NCBI GenBank assembly: GCA_963825055.1
Contig: CAWGSK010000012.1
Location: forward strand, 224,001 to 288,000
Length of the DNA: 64,000 nucleotides
From: an uncultured Gemmatimonadales bacterium
GTDB taxonomy: Bacteria > Gemmatimonadota > Gemmatimonadetes > Gemmatimonadales > GWC2-71-9
Direction: 5' to 3'
In this document: positions 9,801-19,876 of the stretch, piece after piece
Layout of the letters: the number at the start of each line of letters is the position of its first letter
Numbering within the stretch: the first letter of the stretch is position 1
Made by a program: the position numbers and the translations under genes
The notes under the pieces: generated by a model
What the model saw: only the letters and a program-made list of their open reading frames with translations
Databases searched by the model: none
What the model was told of the DNA's origin: nothing

Positions 9801-11819
9801 ATGCGGTTTTCCGTCCCATCCGGCCTGCGGGCGCTCGTGCCCGCCCTGGCCACCACCGTCCTCGCCATGCCGGCCGCCGCGCAGCAGCCGGCCACGCCGG
9901 CTCCCCCGGTACCGCCGGTCGCCCGGGTGGCATTCCAGCAGGACGCCGTCACCATGGAGCTGAATGACACGCTCCTGGTGAAGGCCACGGCCTACGATTC
10001 CTCGGGCAACGTCCTGACCGTGCCGGTGCGGGTGTTCTCCACCGCCCGCCGTTCGCTCGGCGCCGATGCGGAGAACCGGCTGATTGCGTACAAGCCGGGC
10101 GAGTTCATGGTGCTCGCGATGGTCCCGGCAGTCGGGTTCAACATTCGCGACACGCTGACCGTCACGGTGAAGTGGCCGAAGATCCAGTCGGTCACGCTCG
10201 CCAATGCACCCGCCCGGGTGTATGCGGGGACGGTGACCCGCCAGCACGCGAGGGTAGTGGACGTGACCGGCGCGGAGCGTGAAGATGCGGTGACCTGGCG
10301 GTCGAGCAACCCGAGCGTCCTGACGGTGGACCAGTACGGATATGTGACGACGCACAAGCCGGGCTCGGCGGTCCTGCATATGGAAGTGGGAGGGATGGAG
10401 GGGACCCATCCGGTGAGCGTGGTGGCCAACCCGGTCCGGTCGGTCGCGCTGGAGGCCACCGCGGAAGCCGCGCGGGTGGGTGACGTGGTCCACTTCAGCG
10501 CCACCGCGCGGGATGCCTCGGGCCGGGCCGTGGGTGACGCACCGGTAACCTATTCCCTGGTGACAGCGCTCGAGGATACCGTGATCGCGTCCGAGGCGGC
10601 CGGGACGATCGACCAGGATGGTTCGTTCGTGGCGCAGCGGGCGGGGGTGTTCACGGTCCTGGCCACGAGCGGTGGCCAGTCGGCCCGGAAGACCCTGACC
10701 GTCAATCACCGTCGCAAGGGACTCCGGGTCGCGCAGGCCGACGGCCACGGCTCAGTGAGCAACGCCCACACCTCGGACCTCTGGGTCTGGAGCGGGAAGG
10801 ACGGGAGGGACTACGCCGTCACTGGCACCTGGGGCGCCAGCGGTGTGGCGTACTTCTGGGATGTGACAGACCCGGCCAGCCCCGTGAAGGTGGACAGCGT
10901 ACAGGTCGACGCGCGCACCGTCAACGACGTCAAGGTGGACGAGGAGCGCGGGATCTGCGTGATCAGCCGGGAGGGCGCGTCCAACCGCAAGAACGGTTTC
11001 GTCGTGCTCGACTGCAGCAATCCGCACGACGTGAAGCAGATCTCCACGTTCGACGACGGGCTCTACGGCGGGGTGCACAATGTGTTCATCTGGAACAAGC
11101 ACGTCTTCGCCATCAACCAGGGCACGCGGTTCGACATCATTTCCATCGAGGATCCGGCCAACCCGCGCCGGGTCGGCGTGTTCGAGCTGGACACGCCGGG
11201 CCATGGTATCCACGACATCTGGGTGGTGGACGGCATCGCCTACACCTCCAACTGGGGCGACGGGGTCTGGCTGATCGACGTGGGCAACGGCATGGCCGGC
11301 GGCACGGTGGAGAAGCCGGTGGCGATCGGTTCCTACAAGTATCCCATCGGCGCCACGCACAGTGCCTTCCCCTATCGCAACAAGGAAACGGGGAAGTTCT
11401 ACGTGTTCGTGGGCGATGAGCAGTTCCCCTACGGCCTTGACGATACGGTGCCCGACGAAGCCGGCGGGTATATCCACATCGTGGACTTCACCGACCTGAA
11501 AAAGCCGGTGGAAGTCGCCCGGTACGACGTGCCGGAAGCCGGTCCCCACAACTTCTGGATCCAGAACGACACGCTCTACGTGGCTTACTACAATGCGGGG
11601 CTCCGCGTGGTGGACATCGCCGGGGAGCTCAAGGGCAACCTGTACGACCAGGAGCGGGAGATCGCCCGCTTCCAGGCAAACGACGCCAGCGGGTACGTCG
11701 CCAACGCGCCGATGGCATGGGGGCCCCAGCCACACAAGGGCTATGTCTTCTTCAGTGACTTCAACTCCGGGCTGTGGAGCGTGAAGCTGCCCGAGCCGAA
11801 GAAGGAACTCACGCCATGA
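9801..11819 (+). CDS. Secreted Ig-like (Big_2) + LVIVD-repeat beta-propeller protein
   Basis: Signal peptide; VTWRSSNPSVLTVD Ig motif; repeated ...DVTDPASP, ...AYYNAGLRVVDI and ...SDFNSGLW blades. Confidence 0.82.
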   Translation: MRFSVPSGLRALVPALATTVLAMPAAAQQPATPAPPVPPVARVAFQQDAVTMELNDTLLVKATAYDSSGNVLTVPVRVFSTARRSLGADAENRLIAYKPGEFMVLAMVPAVGFNIRDTLTVTVKWPKIQSVTLANAPARVYAGTVTRQHARVVDVTGAEREDAVTWRSSNPSVLTVDQYGYVTTHKPGSAVLHMEVGGMEGTHPVSVVANPVRSVALEATAEAARVGDVVHFSATARDASGRAVGDAPVTYSLVTALEDTVIASEAAGTIDQDGSFVAQRAGVFTVLATSGGQSARKTLTVNHRRKGLRVAQADGHGSVSNAHTSDLWVWSGKDGRDYAVTGTWGASGVAYFWDVTDPASPVKVDSVQVDARTVNDVKVDEERGICVISREGASNRKNGFVVLDCSNPHDVKQISTFDDGLYGGVHNVFIWNKHVFAINQGTRFDIISIEDPANPRRVGVFELDTPGHGIHDIWVVDGIAYTSNWGDGVWLIDVGNGMAGGTVEKPVAIGSYKYPIGATHSAFPYRNKETGKFYVFVGDEQFPYGLDDTVPDEAGGYIHIVDFTDLKKPVEVARYDVPEAGPHNFWIQNDTLYVAYYNAGLRVVDIAGELKGNLYDQEREIARFQANDASGYVANAPMAWGPQPHKGYVFFSDFNSGLWSVKLPEPKKELTP

Positions 11820-12994
11820 CGCGGCGTCACGGGCAGGCGGCTCCCGTTCTGGGGGCCGTCCTCGCCCTGGCGCTTGCCGGGTGTGCCGGCGGACCCGCGC
11901 CCGCCGGCGTTGCCGTTCCCGCGGCGGCCCCCACCTACCGCTTTCTCGCCGGAGCCGAGTCCGCCGATCAGGTGGCCCTCATGCGCTTCACGCCCTGCCC
12001 GGCGCCCGACTGCGGTGCCGGGGTGGAGCGCACCTACGATGTCGGCTTTTTCCCGAGCGACATCGAAGGTCCGCACGGCGTGATCGCGTCCCATGACGGC
12101 AAGGCCTTTTACGTCAGCATCGCGCACGGCCGCCCGGCCGGATGGCTCCAGAAGTACGACCTCGAGACCGGACGCCAGCTGGGGCAGGTCGAGCTCGGCA
12201 TGTTCCCGGCGACCGTGGACATCGCGCCCCACGCGGAGGTCGTTTATGTCATCAACTTCAACTTCGACGACCCCGAGATGCGGCCGTCGAGCCTTTCCGT
12301 TGTGGACGGTGAGGACATGGTGGAGCTGGCCCGCGTGTCCACCTGCCGGATGCCGCACGGGTCGCGCGTCAACCCCGCGGGGACCATGCACTACAGCGGC
12401 TGCATGATGAACGACCTGCTGGTCGAGGTAGATGCACGGTCGCTCGTCCTGCACCGGCTGTTCAGCCTGGCGCCGGGCCATGAGGGGCCGGTGGCTCCGG
12501 CGACGATGGCCGCCGCGGGTGGCATGGCGCACGAGGGCATGGATCACGGTTACGCCAGGTCCAACGTCTGCTCGCCGACCTGGGCGCAGCCCTCGGCTGA
12601 CGGCACGCGCGTCTACGTGGCCTGCAACAAGTCGAATGAAATCGTGGAAGTGGACGTCACGGACTGGTCGCTGGTCCGCCGCTGGCCCACGCCGAAGGCG
12701 CCCTACAACCTGGCGGTAACGCCGGACGGAAAGCTGCTCCTCGCAACCCAGAAGGGTCCGGGGACGGTGAGCGTCTGGAACCTGGCCGACCACACGCTGC
12801 TGAAGGACATTCCCGCGAGTGGAAGGGTGGCGAGCGGTATCGCGGTCAGCGCCGACTCGCGCTACGCGTTCGCGACCCTCGAGGGCGTGGGCGGCGAGCC
12901 CGGGCTGGTCGACATCCTCGACCTGCGGTCGCTGGAGCGTGTGGCCAGCATCCCGATCGGGAAGCAGGCGGGCGGCATCGCGATGCTTCCCTGA
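11816..12994 (+). CDS. YncE/YVTN-family beta-propeller lipoprotein
   Basis: Lipobox LAGC; PHGV..SHDGK..YV, PYNLAVTPDGK and IPIGKQAGGI repeats. ATGA overlap. Confidence 0.82.
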   Translation: MTRRHGQAAPVLGAVLALALAGCAGGPAPAGVAVPAAAPTYRFLAGAESADQVALMRFTPCPAPDCGAGVERTYDVGFFPSDIEGPHGVIASHDGKAFYVSIAHGRPAGWLQKYDLETGRQLGQVELGMFPATVDIAPHAEVVYVINFNFDDPEMRPSSLSVVDGEDMVELARVSTCRMPHGSRVNPAGTMHYSGCMMNDLLVEVDARSLVLHRLFSLAPGHEGPVAPATMAAAGGMAHEGMDHGYARSNVCSPTWAQPSADGTRVYVACNKSNEIVEVDVTDWSLVRRWPTPKAPYNLAVTPDGKLLLATQKGPGTVSVWNLADHTLLKDIPASGRVASGIAVSADSRYAFATLEGVGGEPGLVDILDLRSLERVASIPIGKQAGGIAMLP

Positions 12995-12997
12995 CGC

Positions 12998-13805
12998 TCA
13001 TCTCCGTCCCTGGGCACGCCGCATGAGGGCCATGACGGCGCGCCTTGGCAGGACCCGCGTGACCTGCACGATCATCTTGTTGGCCAGCCCCGGCACCACC
13101 ACCGGCTTGTCCCCTGATCATGCCCTCATAGCCCGCACGAGCCACCGCATCTGCCTCCGTCGACAGCAGGTTCCGGAGCCAGGCCCGCCGGGGGTGCGGG
13201 CGGACGGGAATCCCGGCGGCTTCCTGGAAGCCCGTCAGCACAGGGCCGGGGCAGAGGGCCGTCACGCTCACGCCGGTGCCCGCGAACTCCGCCGCCAGTG
13301 ATTCGGACAGGGACAGCACGAAGGCCTTCGTGGCGTAGTAGGTCGCCATGCGCGGCCCGGGCAGGAACGAAGCCACACTCCCCACCTGCAGAATCCGGCC
13401 GTCACCCCGCGTGACCATCGCCGGCGCCAGCCGTCGCGTGAGCGCGGTCAGCGCCACGACGTTGAGCCGGATCAACCCCAGGATCCGCTCCGGGTCCGTC
13501 TCCAGGAATCCAGCCAGGGTACCGGCACCCGCGTTGTTGACGAGGGTATCCACCTCGAGGCCCTGCCGCTCGAGAGCGGCCGCCAGGGCTGCCGCCGCGC
13601 CCGGCTCGGCCAGATCGGCGGGGAGGACGTGGGCCGTGATGCCGTATCGCTGCTCCAGGTCGGTGGCCAGATCACGGAGGCGTTGTTCCCGGCGGGCCGA
13701 GAGCACTACATCCGCGCCGCCTTCGGCAATGATACGGGCCAGCTCGAGTCCGATGCCACTGGAGGCGCCGGTGACCAGGGCCAGCCGCGGTTGCCGGGCG
13801 CTCAT
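12998..13805 (-). pseudogene. Short-chain dehydrogenase/reductase with a +1 frameshift near 13110 (or sequencing error)
   Basis: TGASSGIG, NNAG, YYATK. The family-typical tail KPVVVPGLANKMIVQVTRVLPRR...* lies in another frame, ending at TGA 12998. Span is 808 nt = 3n+1. Confidence 0.75.
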
Positions 13806-14224
13806 TCCGGGTCCACCGGCCGGCGCCTGGCCTTGGTTTCCGCCCGCTTGCGCTTTGCCGCCAGCCGCCGCTCCTTCGAAGCCCGGGTCGGCCGGGTGGG
13901 TTTCCGCTTCTTTCGAGGCGTGAGTCCACGCAGGAGAAGGTCCTGGAACCGCCGGAGCGCTTCATCACGGTTCCGCGCCTGGCTCCGGTGGACGGCGGAC
14001 ACAATCCTGAGGCGTCCCTGGCCGTCGAGCCGATGGCCTATCCGTTCGCGCAGCATGGCGCGCTGCGCCTCATCCAGGCTGGGCGAGTGCTCCAGGTCCC
14101 ACCACAGCTCCACGCGGGTCGCCGAACGGTTCACGTGCTGGCCCCCGGGTCCGCCGGCGGGGGTGGCCTTGAACTCGAGTTCGCTTTCCGGAATGGTGAG
14201 ATCCGGGGTGATGGAGAGGCCCAT
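13802..14224 (-). CDS. arfB: Alternative ribosome rescue factor ArfB
   Basis: GGPGGQHVN, RSQARN and basic tail RKPTRPTRASKERRLAAKRKR. Confidence 0.92.
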   Translation of the reverse strand: MGLSITPDLTIPESELEFKATPAGGPGGQHVNRSATRVELWWDLEHSPSLDEAQRAMLRERIGHRLDGQGRLRIVSAVHRSQARNRDEALRRFQDLLLRGLTPRKKRKPTRPTRASKERRLAAKRKRAETKARRRPVDPE

Positions 14225-14232
14225 GATGGAAA

Positions 14233-14310
14233 GTAGCTGGGAGTCGGCAGCTGGCAGCAAGGAACAGGGAACAGGGAGAACACTCGATTCCCGATTCCCG
14301 ATACCCGACT
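14233..14310. repeat. Bipartite heptamer tandem repeat
   Basis: Left period-7 run GTAGCTG GGAGTCG GCAGCTG GCAGCAA GGAACAG GGAACAG; right CTCGATT CCCGATT CCCGATA CCCGACT. Lies between divergent arfB and larE. Confidence 0.7.
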
Positions 14311-14321
14311 AACTTTCCCGC

Positions 14322-15131
14322 ATGCCCGGCCTCGAGCTCCTCTCCCGCCACCTCCGCGGCCTCGGTCGCGTACTCCTCGGCTATTCCGGCGGGGTTGATT
14401 CCGCCCTGCTGGCGGTGATCTCGACCCGGGCGCTTGCGCCGGGTGACTTTCTTGCCGTGATCGGCCGAAGCCCGTCCTACCCGGAGGTACAATACCGGAG
14501 CGCGCTCGAGACGGCCGGGACGTTCGGGGTGCCCCTCAGGGAGGTCGACACCGCGGAGATGGACGATCCGGACTACGTCGCAAACCCGACCAATCGCTGC
14601 TACTTCTGCAAGCACGAGTTGTGGGGCAGGCTCCAGCGGATCGCCGCCGCGGAGGGGTATGATGCGATCATCGACGGGACGAACGCGGACGACCTTGGCG
14701 AGCACCGCCCGGGACTGCGTGCCGCGAGCGAGTGGTCCGTTACGAGCCCGTTCGCCGTGATGGGATGGACCAAGCAGGACATTCGTGCGGCCGCGCGGGA
14801 GCTCGGACTTCCGATCTGGGACGCGCCCGCGGCGCCCTGCCTCTCGAGCCGGATCCGATTCGGGCTGGCAGTGACCCCGGAGCGCCTCCGTCAGGTGGAA
14901 ACCGGGGAGGCGTGGCTGCGCGGGATCGGCGTCACCGGGGACCTGCGCGTGCGGCACCACGGGGATCGAGTCAGCGTTGAAGTCGCGCCCGAGTGGGTCG
15001 GCCCGCTGCAGCACCGCTGGGCCGAAGTCGAGGAGGCCTTCAACGAGCTGGGCCTCGTGGCGGTGGAACTCGACCCGGCGGGCTACCGGCGCGGCAACAT
15101 GGTCCGGTCGGCGGGGTCGAACGCCCGCTGA
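14322..15131 (+). CDS. larE: ATP-dependent sacrificial sulfur transferase LarE (PP-loop)
   Basis: SGGVDS, NRCYFCK, DGTNADD, RPG, PCLSSRI, LRVRHHG, GYRRG. Confidence 0.88.
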   Translation: MPGLELLSRHLRGLGRVLLGYSGGVDSALLAVISTRALAPGDFLAVIGRSPSYPEVQYRSALETAGTFGVPLREVDTAEMDDPDYVANPTNRCYFCKHELWGRLQRIAAAEGYDAIIDGTNADDLGEHRPGLRAASEWSVTSPFAVMGWTKQDIRAAARELGLPIWDAPAAPCLSSRIRFGLAVTPERLRQVETGEAWLRGIGVTGDLRVRHHGDRVSVEVAPEWVGPLQHRWAEVEEAFNELGLVAVELDPAGYRRGNMVRSAGSNAR

Positions 15132-15682
15132 TGCGACTGTTCGTGGCGATGCCGGTCAATGGCGGGCCCGCCCGGCAGCTGGATACACTCCTCCGTGACC
15201 TGACCGGGCGCGCCTGGCCCGTCCGCTGGGCCCGGCCAGGGCAGTGGCACCTGACACTCAAGTTCCTGGGCGAGGTGCCCGAGAGTCACGCCGACGCGGT
15301 TGGGGAGGTGGTGGGTGAGGCGGGACAGGGCACCGAACCGCTTCCCGTGTCCCTGGGCGAGGTCGGCGCCTTTCCGTCGCGCCGCCGGCCCCGGGTACTC
15401 TGGGTGGGTCTCGAGGCGCCACCCGCGCTGGAACTGCTGCAGGATCGCATCCAGCGCGGCCTGGCCGTCCTCGGATTCATGGTGGACGGGCATCCGTGGC
15501 GGCCCCACCTGACGCTGGGGCGCGTACGCCAGGGGGCTTCGCTGCCGCGGGATGCCGTTGCTTCCATCCCCGCACCCGACGGCGCCGCAGGCCTGATGGA
15601 CCGGATCGTTCTATACGAGAGCCAACTGCTGCCGACGGGAGCCCGTCACGTGCCACGATTCACCCGGCGGTTCGACGCATGA
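15131..15682 (+). CDS. thpR: RNA 2',3'-cyclic phosphodiesterase (2H family)
   Basis: MRLFVA; two HxT motifs (HLTLKFLG, PHLTLGR). TGATG coupling. Confidence 0.9.
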   Translation: MRLFVAMPVNGGPARQLDTLLRDLTGRAWPVRWARPGQWHLTLKFLGEVPESHADAVGEVVGEAGQGTEPLPVSLGEVGAFPSRRRPRVLWVGLEAPPALELLQDRIQRGLAVLGFMVDGHPWRPHLTLGRVRQGASLPRDAVASIPAPDGAAGLMDRIVLYESQLLPTGARHVPRFTRRFDA

Positions 15683-16323
15683 TCGGCTGCCTCACCTGGC
15701 CGTTCAAGGTCGCCGCGTTCCTCCTTCTGGTGCTCGCCCTTGCGGCGGCGTGGTTCTATCGCGACCGGCTGGGACCGCTGACCGACAAACTCCTGCACCG
15801 GACCGCGGCGGCCGAAACGGTGGGCCGGCCGGGGACTGCGGCCCTCCGCCGCGCCCGGGACAAGGTCGACTCTCTGAACGGCTGGCGCGCGGATTCGATC
15901 ATCCTTACGGCGAGCGAGGCCGCGTCGCTCATCGGGGCGGGACTGGACCCGGCCGTCCGCGGCGAGCTGGATTCCCTGGAGGTGCGGCTTGGCCAGGGCC
16001 GGGTCGACCTGTCCGGCGTGCTCAACACCCGGCGCGTGCCCCGGTCACTCCTCGGGCCGTTCTCGGGAGCGATCGGCGACCGGGAGCGCGTGACGGCGGG
16101 AGGCGCGCTCATCATGGGGCGCCCCGGCTTGGCGGTCTGGGATATTGACCGCCTCCAGATTGGCAGTTTCCCCTTCCCCAAGGACGTCGTGCCCCGCGTG
16201 GTGGAGCAGGCGTTTGGCGGTTCAGCGCGGGGCGGAGTGCCCCTCCATCTGCCCGAGGGGATCGGGGGTCTCAAGGTGCGCCCGGAAGGCGTAACCGTTT
16301 ATCCTGACAGGACTGGACCATGA
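15679..16323 (+). CDS. Membrane-anchored hypothetical protein
   Basis: ATG 15679 overlaps the thpR stop; N-terminal TM MIGCLTWPFKVAAFLLLVLALAAAW; its stop overlaps the next start. Confidence 0.72.
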   Translation: MIGCLTWPFKVAAFLLLVLALAAAWFYRDRLGPLTDKLLHRTAAAETVGRPGTAALRRARDKVDSLNGWRADSIILTASEAASLIGAGLDPAVRGELDSLEVRLGQGRVDLSGVLNTRRVPRSLLGPFSGAIGDRERVTAGGALIMGRPGLAVWDIDRLQIGSFPFPKDVVPRVVEQAFGGSARGGVPLHLPEGIGGLKVRPEGVTVYPDRTGP

Positions 16324-17690
16324 CCCATCGGATACTCGTGATCGACGACGAACCCGGCATCCGGGAAGCCCTCAAGCAGGTGCTCGAGTACGAAGGCTAC
16401 GAGGTGCGCGGCGCCGCCTCCGGGACGGACGGCATCTCGGCCTACGCCGAATTCCAGCCGAACGTGGTGTTCCTTGACGTGAAGATGGCCGGCCTGGACG
16501 GGCTCGAGACCCTGAAGCGCCTCCGGACCCTCGAGCCCCGGGCCCCGGTGATCATGATCTCGGGCCACGGCACGATCGCCACGGCCGTCGCCGCCACGAG
16601 GGAAGGGGCCTTTGACTTTCTCGAGAAGCCCCTCGATACCGACCGAACGCTGCTCACGGTGCGCAACGCGATCCAGCAGGCCACGCTTGCCGGGGAAAAC
16701 GAGCGACTGCGCGAGGTGGTGGACGAGCGCCACCAGGCCGTCGGCAAAAGTGCGGCCCTCACGCAGGTGCTTGAGGTGGTGGAGAAGGTGGGGCCGACAC
16801 CGGCCCGTGTGCTCATCACCGGCGAAAACGGCACCGGCAAGGAACTGGTCGCCCGCGCGCTGCACGACCGCTCGCCCCGGGCGAAGCAGCCGTTCGTCGA
16901 GGTGAACTGTGCCGCCATTCCCGGCGAGCTCATCGAGAGCGAGCTCTTCGGGCACATGAAGGGCTCCTTCACCGGCGCCTTCGCCGACCGGGCCGGGAAG
17001 TTCGAGCAGGCGAACGGCGGGACGCTGTTCCTGGACGAGGTCGGGGACATGTCCCTGTCGGCACAGGCCAAGGTATTGCGCGCCCTTCAGGAAGGCGTGG
17101 TGACGCGCATTGGCGGGTCGCGGACGCTCAAGGTGGATGTCCGCGTCATCGCGGCAACCAACAAGGACCTGGCGGAGGAGATTGCCGAGGGCCGGTTCCG
17201 GGAAGATCTCTTCTATCGCCTCAACGTCGTGCCGATCCACGTGCCGCCGCTGCGCGAGCGGCGCGACGACATTCCCCTGCTGGTGGCGCACTTCGTCTCG
17301 GTCCTCCAGCGCCAGATGGGCATTCCACCCCGGGAGTTCGACGAGGCGGCCATCGAGCGCCTTCGGCATCGCTCCTGGCCGGGCAATGTCCGTGAGCTCC
17401 GCAATGCGGTGGAACGCGCACTCATCCTGGCCACAGGCAAGTCGGTCACGACCGCCGATCTCGACCGCCTCTTTGGCGCCGAGGACGCCGCAGACGCGGA
17501 GATCCCCGCGGCCCTGATGGACGGTGCAACCTTCGAGACGTTCAAGCACGACGCCGAGCGGAGCTTCCTCGCCGCCAAGCTCCGGGAACACCAGTGGAAC
17601 GTCTCGGAGACGGCGCGGGCGCTCAAGATGCCGCGATCGAACCTCTACAAGAAGATCGAGCGCTACGGACTGAGCCGGGATAATCCATGA
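16320..17690 (+). CDS. Sigma-54-type response regulator (NtrC/NtrX family)
   Basis: Receiver (VIDDE, LDVKM), GENGTGKE, ESELFGH..GSFTGA, FLDEVGD, WPGNVREL, Fis-type HTH. Confidence 0.93.
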   Translation: MTHRILVIDDEPGIREALKQVLEYEGYEVRGAASGTDGISAYAEFQPNVVFLDVKMAGLDGLETLKRLRTLEPRAPVIMISGHGTIATAVAATREGAFDFLEKPLDTDRTLLTVRNAIQQATLAGENERLREVVDERHQAVGKSAALTQVLEVVEKVGPTPARVLITGENGTGKELVARALHDRSPRAKQPFVEVNCAAIPGELIESELFGHMKGSFTGAFADRAGKFEQANGGTLFLDEVGDMSLSAQAKVLRALQEGVVTRIGGSRTLKVDVRVIAATNKDLAEEIAEGRFREDLFYRLNVVPIHVPPLRERRDDIPLLVAHFVSVLQRQMGIPPREFDEAAIERLRHRSWPGNVRELRNAVERALILATGKSVTTADLDRLFGAEDAADAEIPAALMDGATFETFKHDAERSFLAAKLREHQWNVSETARALKMPRSNLYKKIERYGLSRDNP

Positions 17691-18145
17691 GCGATGCCCC
17701 CCGCGACTGGGACAGGGAACTGGCCAAGATCGACCGCCTGATCGAGCAGGGCCAGGGCGCGCCTCCGCCCGCGAAAACGGCAGGCGGCAAGGCGGCTCCC
17801 GCTGCAGGGCCTCAATCGGCGCCGGCGCTGCCCGCGGTGCCGCGTGGAAAGAAGGACATTGCCGGCGCCTGGCTGCGCGTGCTGCTGGGCGTGGCGCTCG
17901 GTGCCGGCGTGACCCAGTGGCCGTACGACGCCCACTGTGGTACCGGGCTGTTCGTGTACCTCGCCCCGGCCGGGCTCGTCGTGCTCGTCGGCCTGTGGTC
18001 GGCGGTCACCGCATGGCGCCGCCGGATCGGGCTCGCGCATGTCATCAGCCTCCTGGTGGTGCTCCTGGGGCTCGTCCTCGTGGCACAGGTCGTCCTGCCC
18101 CGAACCGGTTACCTTGGTTCGCATCTTCCGTGGGGCTGCGGATGA
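17687..18145 (+). CDS. Hypothetical membrane protein
   Basis: RDWDRELAKID N-terminus followed by about three TM segments; ATGA coupling. Confidence 0.72.
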   Translation: MSDAPRDWDRELAKIDRLIEQGQGAPPPAKTAGGKAAPAAGPQSAPALPAVPRGKKDIAGAWLRVLLGVALGAGVTQWPYDAHCGTGLFVYLAPAGLVVLVGLWSAVTAWRRRIGLAHVISLLVVLLGLVLVAQVVLPRTGYLGSHLPWGCG

Positions 18146-18181
18146 TCCGCCGCCCCTGATTCATCCCCTGATTCCGGACCC

Positions 18182-19675
18182 ATGGCCAAGACCTACAGGA
18201 ACTTCATCAACGGTGAATGGGTGGCCGCCCGCTCGGGCGCCACGTTCGAGAACCGCAACCCGGCCGATACGACCGACCTGATCGGCCGTTTTCCCGACAG
18301 CGATGCGGCGGATCTCCGCCAGGCCGTGCAGGCCGCGAAGAAGGCGTTCCCGTCCTGGAGCCGTACGCCGGCCCCGCTCCGCGGCGACCTCCTCCGCCGG
18401 CTGGGCGACCTGCTCGTCCGGGACAAGGAGAAGCTGGCCGACGCGATGACCCGCGAGATGGGCAAGGTGCTCACCGAGACCCGCGGCGACGTGCAGGAGG
18501 GCATTGATACGGCCTATTACGCCGCCACCGAGGGCCGGCGCCTGTTCGGCCACACGGTGCCGTCGGAACTGCGTGACAAGTGGGCCATGAGCTATCGCCG
18601 TCCCATCGGCGTGGCCGGGCTGATCACCCCGTTCAACTTCCCGCTCGCCATCCCCACGTGGAAGATGTTCCCCGCGCTGCTCTGCGGGAACGCGGTCATC
18701 TTCAAGCCGTCCGAGGACGTACCGCTCACCGGCCACCACCTGGTGGAGCTGGCCCTCGAGGCCGGCTTCCCGCCTGGCGTGATCCAGCTGGTACATGGTC
18801 GCGGGGAGACCGTGGGCCGGGCGCTGGTGGAACACCCGGAGGTGCCCCTCATCAGCTTTACCGGCAGCACGCAGACCGGCTCGTTCATCGGCGAGACCTG
18901 CGGGCGGATGCACAAGCGGCTCTCGCTTGAGATGGGCGGCAAGAACGCCCAGATCGTGATGGACGATGCCGACCTCGACCTCGCGCTCGAGGGCGTACTG
19001 TGGGGGGCCTTCGGGACAACCGGACAGCGCTGCACGGCCACGAGCCGCCTCATCCTGCACCGCAAGATCCACGACCGCTTCCTGCGCCGCCTGGTGGATG
19101 CCGCCGAGGCCCTGCGCCTGGGCGACGGCCGGGACGAAAAGACCGACGTCGGCCCGCTCATCCACGGGGAGGCGCGGGAAAAGGTGGAGCGTTATGTGCA
19201 GATCGGGCAGGAGGAAGGGGCGGAGCTGGTGACGGGCGGCAGCCGCCCGCGCAGCGCCCGGCTCAAGAACGGCTGGTTCTACCGGCCGACGATCTTCGCC
19301 GGAGTCAAGGCGAAGAGCCGGCTCGAGCAAGAGGAGATCTTCGGTCCGGTCCTGAGCGTGATCCAGGTGCGGAGCCTGGACGAGGCGATCCGGGTGAACA
19401 ACGACGTGAAGTATGGGCTGTCGAGCGCGCTCTACACCCGGGACGTCAATGCGTCGTTCACGGCCATGCAGAGGCTGGACAACGGGATCAGCTATATCAA
19501 CGCACCGACGATCGGCGCCGAGGCGCACATGCCATTCGGCGGCGTGAAGCAGACCGGAAACGGTCACCGTGAGGGTGGCTGGGAGGTCTACGAGTTCTAT
19601 TCCGAGACGAAGGTCTGCTATGTGGACTACTCCGGGAGCCTGCAGCGGGCGCAGATCGACACCGAGGAGGTATAG
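18182..19675 (+). CDS. Aldehyde dehydrogenase
   Basis: PFNFP, FTGS, LEMGGKN, GQRCTA, EEIFGP, PFGGVKQTG. Confidence 0.95.
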   Translation: MAKTYRNFINGEWVAARSGATFENRNPADTTDLIGRFPDSDAADLRQAVQAAKKAFPSWSRTPAPLRGDLLRRLGDLLVRDKEKLADAMTREMGKVLTETRGDVQEGIDTAYYAATEGRRLFGHTVPSELRDKWAMSYRRPIGVAGLITPFNFPLAIPTWKMFPALLCGNAVIFKPSEDVPLTGHHLVELALEAGFPPGVIQLVHGRGETVGRALVEHPEVPLISFTGSTQTGSFIGETCGRMHKRLSLEMGGKNAQIVMDDADLDLALEGVLWGAFGTTGQRCTATSRLILHRKIHDRFLRRLVDAAEALRLGDGRDEKTDVGPLIHGEAREKVERYVQIGQEEGAELVTGGSRPRSARLKNGWFYRPTIFAGVKAKSRLEQEEIFGPVLSVIQVRSLDEAIRVNNDVKYGLSSALYTRDVNASFTAMQRLDNGISYINAPTIGAEAHMPFGGVKQTGNGHREGGWEVYEFYSETKVCYVDYSGSLQRAQIDTEEV

Positions 19676-19683
19676 GGCCCCCG

Positions 19684-19712
19684 TTGCGCCGGGATTGGGG
19701 CGTAGGTAAGGT
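19684..19712 (+). promoter_or_regulatory. Candidate sigma70 promoter for the sigma factor gene
   Basis: TTGCGC-17 nt-TAAGGT, followed by a GC hairpin at 19719-19743. Confidence 0.35.
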
Positions 19713-19876
19713 TCGACAGGCGGCCGGTCTCCGTCCGGCCGCCCGCGCATTCATCCGTGTTCCCGTATTCGTCCCTTCGCACCAGCCGTGAGTTCCAGAC
19801 TGCCCCTTCTGTCCCGCGCTCTGCTGCCCGCGTTCCGCCGTCCGGTTTCCGACCGGACCGTCAGGTGGTGCGCCTG

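Noticed and set aside
16950..16980. GSFTGA in place of GAFTGA in the enhancer-binding protein
   Set aside because: This is a known common variant and not unusual.
18153..18174. CCCCTGATTC duplicated before the aldehyde dehydrogenase
   Set aside because: Only two copies with period 12; it does not clearly fit the 7/8-mer system.
19719..19743. GC hairpin as terminator of the aldehyde dehydrogenase operon
   Set aside because: No U-tract, and it lies downstream of a candidate promoter, so its role is ambiguous.
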